Shown: piece after piece, positions 18,597 through 25,940 of the stretch
Numbering within the stretch: position 1 is the first letter of the stretch
Layout of the letters: each line of letters starts with the position of its first letter
Origin: a virus
Length of the DNA: 30,089 nucleotides
IMG/VR virus record: IMGVR_UViG_3300027996_000008
Reading direction: 5' to 3' (one strand)
Position numbers and translations under genes: made by a program
The notes under the pieces: model-generated
The model's database searches: none
Seen by the model: the letters and a program-made list of their open reading frames with translations, nothing else
What the model was told of the DNA's origin: nothing

Positions 18597-18799
18597 AATT
18601 AAATAAAATATTTGAATTGAACAAGAAATTTCTATCAAATGGATTGTGGGTTTATGAAATTAGAAAAAATAGAATATTTTTTTTAAATTCATCTGTACAA
18701 CATTTACATTATATTGAATTTTTTCCTTATGATTTTAAATATGTAATCAATTCTGATATTTATGAAAAACTTATTCATATAGACTATGAGGAATATTAA
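18593..18799 (+). CDS. MKLNK-family cassette protein 15
   Basis: MKLNKIFELNKKFLSNGL...DYEEY; close paralogue of cassette 9. Confidence 0.75.
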   Translation: MKLNKIFELNKKFLSNGLWVYEIRKNRIFFLNSSVQHLHYIEFFPYDFKYVINSDIYEKLIHIDYEEY

Positions 18800-19182
18800 T
18801 CTAATTTCATTTGTTGATATTGCTGATTTAGCAAATCATAAAGTTTTTGCAACAACTCCAAACTTCCAGGATCTTGAAAATATTTTTCAACAATCTTATG
18901 ATTTTCAATCACTTTGTTATTATAGTTGTTTTCAATGATCACAAATTCATCCTGTGATTCACTTAAAATTTCTTGTGATTGTTTTAAAAAGTAAATCTCT
19001 TCTTCCTTATGATCAATGATTGTTTCTAATTGAAACAACTCCTCTTGTTGTAATTTGATCTTTGCTTCTTTTTGATCAATTTGATAGTTCTGATATTTGA
19101 AATATCCAAAGATTGCAATGATGATCAAACCAAATGCAAATTCTTTCCAATAGTTTTTTAAAAGTGATGTTATAATAACCAT
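18796..19182 (-). CDS. Putative i-spanin (Rz-like)
   Basis: Single N-terminal TM helix then a long coiled coil; directly downstream of the endolysin. Confidence 0.65.
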   Translation of the reverse strand: MVIITSLLKNYWKEFAFGLIIIAIFGYFKYQNYQIDQKEAKIKLQQEELFQLETIIDHKEEEIYFLKQSQEILSESQDEFVIIENNYNNKVIENHKIVEKYFQDPGSLELLQKLYDLLNQQYQQMKLD

Positions 19183-19202
19183 TCGTTTCCTCCTATTTGT
19201 TT

Positions 19203-19655
19203 CTATTTAAAATCTGGATGTTCAAGACACATCCCTTTCCTCATCATCTTTTTAATCAATTCAACATCAAAATTTGGGCATGTCTTGTTTGAAAATTCAT
19301 TATGTGCATGAATTTTGCTAATTGGAATAGAATAATCATCTGTTAGTTGTAATAAAAGTGCAATAAGAGAGTCTAGCTGCTTGATAGTGAATTGATTGAG
19401 ACCGATTAGACAGATACCTATATGATCATTTTTTCCAATGCAATGTGCTCCTAATTTGTTTAATGATCTACCTTTTTGAATCTTTCCATCAAAATCAGGA
19501 TCAAAGTTTGTTTTAGTAATAAATCCATTACAAATGACAAACGAATATCCGCATTCAGACCAACCATTACCATTTATGTGCCATTCATCAATTAGTTCTT
19601 TTGTTCCAAAACTACTATCACTACAATGTAATACAATTCCTTTCCATTTAATCAT
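19203..19655 (-). CDS. N-acetylmuramoyl-L-alanine amidase endolysin (Amidase_2, T7-lysozyme-like)
   Basis: IVLHCS, WH...GW...GY, GR....GAH..G.N, IGICL.G and H......K.CP zinc ligands. Confidence 0.9.
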   Translation of the reverse strand: MIKWKGIVLHCSDSSFGTKELIDEWHINGNGWSECGYSFVICNGFITKTNFDPDFDGKIQKGRSLNKLGAHCIGKNDHIGICLIGLNQFTIKQLDSLIALLLQLTDDYSIPISKIHAHNEFSNKTCPNFDVELIKKMMRKGMCLEHPDFK

Positions 19656-20515
19656 TCAACACTCCATTTATTATATCTATTAATGTAAATAAGTTCTTTA
19701 ATATATTCGTTATATAAATTATTTATTTTAATTCTACAATGATAGCAGAAATAATTATGACTTGCTTTGGCTTTATATTTCCAACCACACCATTTACATG
19801 TAACAGAAACTTTACATTTGTTTAAATTATAGATGTCAGAAACATCATTTTTTATTTCAATTATTTTTTCAGAACATTCCTCACAATAATTATACACTTT
19901 ATGTGATCCATAAAAAATATTTTCACACCATTTACAACATCTTTTTAATGGTTTTCTTTGCTTGTTTATTCTTTTTCTATTAATTCTTCTTTTATTATTT
20001 CTCTCTTCTGATTTAATTTTATTATTTTCACTTTTACATAAATCACTACAAAACTTAGCATTTCCACTATTTCCAATAAAATTATTTTCACATATTACAC
20101 ATATTTTATTCCATTTTTGTTTCTTAGTATAATGTGATAATTTTTTTCTTGTTTCTTCACTAACAACATGACCCATTTTTGATTCTGAAATTTTTTTCTT
20201 ATGTTCTTCAGAAAAAATACTCATATCTGCCATACACATATTATATCCTTCTTTCAAAGTATTGTATTTTTCAATGAAATAATTCTCTCTTTCAATCAAA
20301 ACATCTGTGTTACAATTTTCTAATATCCAAAATTGAAATTTATCTTCATTATATTTATTCCAAGATCTTTGTAAATGATTATTATAATGTTTGTTATTTT
20401 TTAAAAATCTTAAATGTTCTTTAAATCTTCTATCTAAATGTTTACTTGAACCTATATATGATTTATTATTTGCTGTATTTAAAATCATATAGATTCCAGA
20501 ATTAAAGTTTGCCAT
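19652..20515 (-). mobile_element. Free-standing GIY-YIG homing endonuclease
   Basis: SGIY..N..N.KSYIGSS, R...H, E, GYN; NUMOD3-like SEEHKKKISES/SEETRKKLS; several CxxC pairs at the C-terminus. Confidence 0.9.
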
Positions 20516-20580
20516 CTTTCTCTCCCGACAATAATTATTAAATCACTGTCAGTCTCGGCCGAGAGAAAGACAGCATAATT

Positions 20581-20751
20581 TTATTTATCTTTTTTATTTT
20601 CTAGAAATTTATCTGTTATATTTGCTGATACATACAAGAAACATAGAGACAACCATATTTCTGGAGTTATCAACTTGATTGGTAGAAAAATAGTTCCAAT
20701 TAAAAATACATGAAATTTTCTAGAAAGTAGAATTCTTTTGATCTTTTTCAT
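20581..20751 (-). CDS. Putative holin (56 aa, not in the ORF track)
   Basis: Hand translation MKKIKRILLSRKFHVFLIGTIFLPIKLITPEIWLSLCFLYVSANITDKFLENKKDK; GGAGG RBS; two hydrophobic segments with charged termini; heads the lysis operon. Confidence 0.6.
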   Translation of the reverse strand: MKKIKRILLSRKFHVFLIGTIFLPIKLITPEIWLSLCFLYVSANITDKFLENKKDK

Positions 20752-20777
20752 TTAAACCTCCAATAGTTAAATAATTC

Positions 20778-20806
20778 TTGACTTTATTTATTTTTCAATG
20801 TATAAT
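20778..20806 (+). promoter_or_regulatory. Sigma70-type promoter
   Basis: TTGACT-17 bp-TATAAT. Confidence 0.8.
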
Positions 20807-20844
20807 AGTATTGTGAGTTGTTAATTTTAATTGTGGAGTTTGAA

Positions 20845-21069
20845 ATGAATAAATTAGAAGAAAAAATACAAGAATTAAAAGACAGACTCATTGAAATTCA
20901 TGAGTCAGATATGGTTTTTCAAAAATCTCTAGATGTAATGAAAGATCTAGAAAAAGATATTGTAGAACTTTCATTGATTGTTGATGAATTGAAAAAAGAA
21001 ACTGCTACATCTGGCGGTTGTCCAAGATGTGGTGAAAAATTGACTATAAAGGGATATTTTTTGTTATGA
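20845..21069 (+). CDS. Coiled-coil hypothetical protein with a CPRC motif
   Basis: GGAG RBS before the ATG at 20845. Confidence 0.65.
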   Translation: MNKLEEKIQELKDRLIEIHESDMVFQKSLDVMKDLEKDIVELSLIVDELKKETATSGGCPRCGEKLTIKGYFLL

Positions 21070-21311
21070 AATTAAACAAAAGATTTGAAAATTCAAGAGA
21101 TAAAAAATATGAAAGATATGAAAAATTATATTTAACAAGTAGTTTAATTGCTACTGGAGTTTCTTATAAATTTTATCTTGCAATTTCTTATAGAATTTCT
21201 ATAATATTTGATTCAACAATAGAATCAAATCTAAAAATAACACATGCAAATACAGATTTTAACTGGACAAATGCTAAAGACGTATATATTAATTTTGAGG
21301 ATTATAAATGA
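21066..21311 (+). CDS. MKLNK-family cassette protein 16
   Basis: MKLNKRFE...YLTSSL...NFEDYK. Confidence 0.75.
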   Translation: MKLNKRFENSRDKKYERYEKLYLTSSLIATGVSYKFYLAISYRISIIFDSTIESNLKITHANTDFNWTNAKDVYINFEDYK

Positions 21312-21550
21312 AGCTGAATAAATGTTATGAAAAATATGCTAATTGCACACAAGTATCATAAGGACATATGTTTTCTTTTAGCAAATCTCAAGGATATAAT
21401 CTAAAATTTTTATCTAATGGATTGTGGTTGAATGAAAATTGTTTGAATTTTGACTTGTTTGAAGTTTACATACATTTTATAGATAATTGTTTTTATTGTG
21501 TAGTTAATAATCGTGAAAGAATTTTATCTAAATATGAGGATTATCAATAA
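21308..21550 (+). pseudogene. MKLNK-family cassette 17, interrupted by an in-frame TAA
   Basis: MKLNKCYEKYANCTQVS*(21359-21361)GH-MFSF...FLSNGL...KYEDYQ, all in one frame. Confidence 0.7.
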
Positions 21551-21586
21551 AACAAAAAAAGAGTTATTATGTGTGAGGAATATTAG

Positions 21587-21808
21587 ATGAAACTGAACAA
21601 GCGGTTTGAAAAAAATATATCTAGATACAAATATAATGAATATCTAGATTATTCAACTGATGAATGTGAAAATACATTTTACAATCTTTTTGAAAAAAAT
21701 ACATCTAAAATTCAGAATTCTAATTATTTAAGATTATATTTAAATTTATTTATTATTTGGTCTTATATTCCAATAAAATCATTGAAAAGAACATGGATGA
21801 ATATTTAA
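21587..21808 (+). CDS. MKLNK-family cassette protein 18
   Basis: MKLNKRFE start with GAGGA RBS; a DYQ* tail (GATTATCAATAA) follows the stop codon. Confidence 0.65.
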   Translation: MKLNKRFEKNISRYKYNEYLDYSTDECENTFYNLFEKNTSKIQNSNYLRLYLNLFIIWSYIPIKSLKRTWMNI

Positions 21809-21823
21809 GATTATCAATAAAAC

Positions 21824-21865
21824 AAAAAAAGAGCGGGATAAAAGAGGAGGTAGCTCTCATCCCGC
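21824..21865 (-). terminator. Rho-independent terminator for the minus-strand late genes
   Basis: GCGGGAT...ATCCCGC stem with inner AGAG/CTCT pairing, followed on the minus strand by a T7 tract; lies between convergent genes. Confidence 0.65.
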
Positions 21866-21898
21866 ACAACAGTAAACACCAAGTCAACATAATTATAT

Positions 21899-22372
21899 TT
21901 ATAATTCTTCTTTTTTAAGGATTTTCCAATAATCAAAATACCATGTTATTTCAACAGTTCTGAAATCTACATTTTCAATATTTGTTTCAAGATCAACACT
22001 TGAAAAACTAGCAGGTCTTAAATTTATAAATTCAATCTCCCGAACAACTTTACCAGATGAACTAGAATACAACTGAAGAACACATGGAACAGATTTGTTT
22101 GAATAGTCGCCCTTCAAAGGATCTTTTAGTTCAAAAATGAACTCTTGCAAATCATATAACAACTGCATTTCTTCATCTAAAACAACTGTTGTTACTAATT
22201 CAGAATAATCTATATCATCTCCAGATTGTTTAACAACTAATCCACCACCAGCTGGAACATCAAAATAGCTCAAACTAAGTCCTGGAAGAGCAACACCAAC
22301 AATTTCATTTGTTAGATCAAACCATTCATGTGTGAATAGCAATTTAAACTTATTAACATTAAAATTTTTCAT
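21899..22372 (-). CDS. T4 gp3-like tail tube terminator/tail completion protein
   Basis: LPGLSL...GDDIDYSEL...LDEEM..Y.L..FI...IEF.NL.P.S.S.V...V...FDY pattern of the gp3/gp19 fold. Confidence 0.65.
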   Translation of the reverse strand: MKNFNVNKFKLLFTHEWFDLTNEIVGVALPGLSLSYFDVPAGGGLVVKQSGDDIDYSELVTTVVLDEEMQLLYDLQEFIFELKDPLKGDYSNKSVPCVLQLYSSSSGKVVREIEFINLRPASFSSVDLETNIENVDFRTVEITWYFDYWKILKKEEL

Positions 22373-22833
22373 TATTTTTCACCACCAGCAACAAAATCAA
22401 ACTCTTCTTTCTTCATTTCTTTTAACATTTTTCTAATATCTTTTGAACTTGTTTTGTTTGTGTTTGAATTTTCTTCCTCTTCATTATCATCTTCTAATAT
22501 ATCAATTGTTATTTTGTGTAGATTCAACAATTCCTTTCTCAACTCAGAACCAGCTTTCACCAATTGAGCAAATGTTTCAACTTTTCTAGCCATGAATTTG
22601 TCATCGATTGATGACTCTTCAATTGATTGTTCCATGATATCTGCTACATGTGAGCACGAATCTAAATGTTTGTTTATATCATCTCTCATTCTTTTATAAT
22701 CTGCTTTCATATTATTTTCGTGGTTTTCTGAATGTTTAATTTCATGTTTAATTTTTTCAGGTTTTTCTATTTCTTGCTCACCATCTTCTATTCCTAATTT
22801 TTTAGCAACATCTTCAAATTCTTTTCCCATCAT
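22372..22833 (-). CDS. T4 gp16-like terminase small subunit
   Basis: DY.RMR...ARKVETFAQLVK..SE..K.LL.LHK...SSKDI.KML, matching the helical gp16 pattern. Confidence 0.6.
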   Translation of the reverse strand: MMGKEFEDVAKKLGIEDGEQEIEKPEKIKHEIKHSENHENNMKADYKRMRDDINKHLDSCSHVADIMEQSIEESSIDDKFMARKVETFAQLVKAGSELRKELLNLHKITIDILEDDNEEEENSNTNKTSSKDIRKMLKEMKKEEFDFVAGGEK

Positions 22834-22870
22834 AAAACCTCAAAATAAAATTAATAATTTTTCTTGTTAT

Positions 22871-22878
22871 TATTTATA
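22871..22878 (-). promoter_or_regulatory. T4-type late promoter TATAAATA
   Basis: TATTTATA on the + strand, about 40 nt upstream of the gp16-like start. Confidence 0.6.
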
Positions 22879-22922
22879 AAATATTATATAGTGTAATGTT
22901 TGTTAATTATTAGGAGAATATT

Positions 22923-23000
22923 ATGAAAGTTTTAGAATTTATATTATTGTGTTTGATAGGATTTACAATGGGTTTGTTAATATTTGAATTTATTTTTTAA
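22923..23000 (+). CDS. 25-aa hydrophobic micropeptide (not in the ORF track)
   Basis: MKVLEFILLCLIGFTMGLLIFEFIF; AGGAG RBS; TTGTTAATT leader motif. Confidence 0.5.
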   Translation: MKVLEFILLCLIGFTMGLLIFEFIF

Positions 23001-23421
23001 CTTTAGATTCTTCAACTAATGTTTCAATTGATGATTCAACATTTTTACCGTTGATTTTTTTAATTTTAATGTCCTTTTTCATTTTGAGTTTGTTAATTCC
23101 AAATTCTTCAACATATGCATCAAATTCAGCGGATGTTATGATTTTCCTTCCAGATATATCTCTGTTATCCTTTGTTCCAACTTTAATATGAGATTTTCCT
23201 TTATCATCTTCATATATATCTGTATAATCCTCAAAACTAACGTCAAATCCTTCAGAAATTCTAAATCCTTTTGACTTTGAAACTTTTTCTTTTAACTTGT
23301 TTGTATTAATTTCAAATATCAACTCACCATCATCTTCTAAAAGATAACTGAATTTTTTACCTTCTGAATGTAATGCCTTTATATCATCAGCATCAAAATT
23401 TTCCATCATTATTCGTTCCAT
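22990..23421 (-). CDS. Hypothetical protein
   Basis: GGGAG RBS; part of the late operon. Confidence 0.65.
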   Translation of the reverse strand: MERIMMENFDADDIKALHSEGKKFSYLLEDDGELIFEINTNKLKEKVSKSKGFRISEGFDVSFEDYTDIYEDDKGKSHIKVGTKDNRDISGRKIITSAEFDAYVEEFGINKLKMKKDIKIKKINGKNVESSIETLVEESKVKK

Positions 23422-23442
23422 TTTTTATTCTCCCTTTTTATA

Positions 23443-24090
23443 TTAAGTTTTAGTATATTCTGTCTCAGAACCTGTCGAATCCTTTTCGTAGTGTATGTCT
23501 ACTTCAAGCAGATAAATGTCTTCTGTAAAATTGTCTGCAACACTGACATCTCTTGTCAAGCTACATAATATCATTGTACTGACATCATCTATTGCAGAAC
23601 CATCAATTGTTCCCAGAGGAACCAATCCATGGAGATCTGATGCACGTGATTGCACGTCCGCAGTAATGGATAAATTTAATTCTGCGCCGAATGCTTCATT
23701 CAAATTAGCCGCACAGTAAGTCATGTCGAATTTTATATTCTGTACACCTGATGCTGACCCAGCAACAGGCATAACCATGTGCATGTGAGGTCTCAGGTCG
23801 CTACCAAATTTATAATCGTGTGGAAGTTGCACAACAAAAGTGATTCCCTGATCTGCACCATCTTCAAATTTCAGAACAACAGTGCTCTTGTAGATCTGAT
23901 CTTTTGCCTCCTTTCCTGGGATTTTTTTTGATAGTGATGGTGGGAATCGCAGATCATCCCAAGTTGTAACCGTTCCATTATATCTGAGTCCCTGTATCTT
24001 ATTTAATTCTGCACTGTTCACCACATCACCACTTTTTATACCATCAGGTGTGTTGAGTGGATTTCTTAATGCGTCGCCTATAAAAGTCAT
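23443..24090 (-). CDS. Putative virion/fibre-associated beta-sandwich protein
   Basis: WDDLRFP...VQLPHDYK.GSD..PH.H...D.HYE.D..GS; shares the MTFIGDAL N-terminus with its neighbour. Confidence 0.55.
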   Translation of the reverse strand: MTFIGDALRNPLNTPDGIKSGDVVNSAELNKIQGLRYNGTVTTWDDLRFPPSLSKKIPGKEAKDQIYKSTVVLKFEDGADQGITFVVQLPHDYKFGSDLRPHMHMVMPVAGSASGVQNIKFDMTYCAANLNEAFGAELNLSITADVQSRASDLHGLVPLGTIDGSAIDDVSTMILCSLTRDVSVADNFTEDIYLLEVDIHYEKDSTGSETEYTKT

Positions 24091-24099
24091 TTTTTTCTC

Positions 24100-24612
24100 C
24101 TAGTCAAAAAATTCTGAAATTGATGTGTTAAAATGAAGAAAATTCATTTTTCCTCCATCATCATTTGATTCTGTCACGAGTTGTATTTCATCGTATTGTG
24201 CCAACTCTACAACAACCGTTCCTGAAAGTGCATATGGTTCATTAATATTTTTTGCAAATGTACCCATCACAGAACCGTCAAGTAAAACACCATTTTTCAT
24301 AATTGCACAATGAAATGTAACACCTCCTGAATCCGCCGAAACTGACGCATGCCAGTCTATTTCGTAATATTGTGTTAAAGCACAAGTACATTTAATTCCA
24401 GGTGTGTATGTTGTAGCCGCTTCAAAACATTCAATTGGAGCATTCACAAACGTTCCTAAAATTGGAGTATATACGCCTGTTGCTCCAGTGGTTGTTTCTT
24501 CTGGTGCAGAAAGATATGCAAATATCCCCACCTTTTGTGCAGTGACATTGCCTGTTGCATTCACATCACTCACATTCGCACTATTTTTTAGTGCATCGCC
24601 TATAAAAGTCAT
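24100..24612 (-). CDS. Putative virion protein, C1q/TNF-like jelly-roll
   Basis: YYEI...SV...I.KNG...SGT.VVELAQYD.IQL pattern. Confidence 0.5.
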   Translation of the reverse strand: MTFIGDALKNSANVSDVNATGNVTAQKVGIFAYLSAPEETTTGATGVYTPILGTFVNAPIECFEAATTYTPGIKCTCALTQYYEIDWHASVSADSGGVTFHCAIMKNGVLLDGSVMGTFAKNINEPYALSGTVVVELAQYDEIQLVTESNDDGGKMNFLHFNTSISEFFD

Positions 24613-24615
24613 ATT

Positions 24616-25929
24616 TTATTCTCCATTATCCCAAATTGGGTATCCGTTTATATCGTACATCTGGTCGCCGTTTATATCCGTTGAAAGATGTGATCCATTT
24701 TCTACAAATTTGTGTATATTGACTGAACACTCACCGCATGGTATTGGGGAAGCAAACAGTAATAAATCTTTGTGTTGATAATCTGTTTGTACATTGTAAT
24801 ATAGATAATTTCCCTGTTCAGCAACTAAATCACCGTATGCAATTGGAATTCCATATCCAGTGCTTGCAGAATGTAATATGTGTTCTGTGTCTGCGGCTTG
24901 AACAAGTGGTGAAACATTCCATGCACTATCTCCTGTATCATAAGTTGTCGCACCTACAATGAATTTAGTTTCGGCACCATTGTGCCATGTTCCTGCAGGA
25001 TGACTAGATTGTTTTGTGTAATTTGCAATAGAAGATACAACAGGAACTCCATCAACATACGGAACAAGTATTTCAATCAGTCCAGTTGCATCATCTGTGT
25101 ATTTGTCGAAACCTTCTGTAATGTTACGATGAAAGGAATCCTGAGTTCCCCAAGCAACATCTGTAGGTGTCCCGTGGTTGTCGTTTCCTGATACGTCATA
25201 GGTTGATTTTTGAAGTGGGTAATTTAACAGTGAATCTGTCCCGTCCAATATGTCTTCTATACTCAGAGCACTATCGAAAAATCGAACATCCCACATACAA
25301 CCATCAAAAAAAGTTGCAGGATTACCGTCTGCTCTAGTTCCTATATATTTATTGGCTGAAGAGCTTGTACCAATACTAACAGAACCATCTGTAGGTACGA
25401 CAACACCATCCCTGTAAAATGTACATGTTGAACCACTCAAAACAACTGCAATATGTGTCGGGGTATTAAAGCTGAAATTACCATATGTCAACCTATTAAC
25501 TGTTGCAACTCCAACCCGCGTTAGTTTTATCGCAAATTTTCCTGAATCGTCTGTTATTATTTGCAATGTGTTATTTGTATCGATCGTTATATCAATGAGC
25601 CTATCATAGTCATTTACCCCTTTATCATTCTTGCTGATACAAAAAGCTATTGAAAAATCATTTTGGATAAATGAGTCAGCCAGTGGAATTGAAATTTTAC
25701 TACTACTCCCATTAAAATCTGCACACGCACTCTGCACCAATCTAGCAGGTTCAAGTGTGGCTGTGTTTTTATCTAGTGATTCTAGACCATTTGAATTAAA
25801 TCCTAAACTACTGAATGTCCAACTCAAAGCAGAATTCAACAATGCATTTCCATCAGTCACAATTCTTTGCAATCCAAAAACATTTCTAGTTTTTTGTATT
25901 AAAAACTTGTTTATAATTTTTTGTAACAT
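24616..25929 (-). CDS. LamG/concanavalin-A-like domain protein (tail fibre or receptor-binding type)
   Basis: DFNGSSS.I, FSI..., HIAVV......FY.DG, IG......FDG...DVRFFD.ALS, DVSGN.NHGT. Confidence 0.75.
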   Translation of the reverse strand: MLQKIINKFLIQKTRNVFGLQRIVTDGNALLNSALSWTFSSLGFNSNGLESLDKNTATLEPARLVQSACADFNGSSSKISIPLADSFIQNDFSIAFCISKNDKGVNDYDRLIDITIDTNNTLQIITDDSGKFAIKLTRVGVATVNRLTYGNFSFNTPTHIAVVLSGSTCTFYRDGVVVPTDGSVSIGTSSSANKYIGTRADGNPATFFDGCMWDVRFFDSALSIEDILDGTDSLLNYPLQKSTYDVSGNDNHGTPTDVAWGTQDSFHRNITEGFDKYTDDATGLIEILVPYVDGVPVVSSIANYTKQSSHPAGTWHNGAETKFIVGATTYDTGDSAWNVSPLVQAADTEHILHSASTGYGIPIAYGDLVAEQGNYLYYNVQTDYQHKDLLLFASPIPCGECSVNIHKFVENGSHLSTDINGDQMYDINGYPIWDNGE

Positions 25930-25940
25930 ATATCTTCTCC

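Noticed and set aside
15718-18799. CRISPR array, suggested by the regularly recurring ~40-bp junction
   Set aside because: Repeats are degenerate, spacing is about 200 bp, the intervening sequences are intact paralogous ORFs, and no cas genes are present.
16788-18799. Diversity-generating retroelement TR/VR pair (cassettes 9 and 15)
   Set aside because: Differences include C/T and G/T changes not involving adenine, and there is no reverse transcriptase in the window.
19652-20515. Group I intron housing the GIY-YIG gene
   Set aside because: The flanking genes are intact and there is no room for an intron core; the gene is free-standing.
21359-21361. Stop-codon reassignment (alternative genetic code)
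   Set aside because: Long conserved genes such as ligA and the AAA ATPase are uninterrupted in the standard code, and TAA, TGA and TAG all terminate genes.
10698-21833. Integron with attC sites
   Set aside because: Genes overlap directly with no intergenic palindromic attC-like sites, and no tyrosine recombinase is seen in the window.
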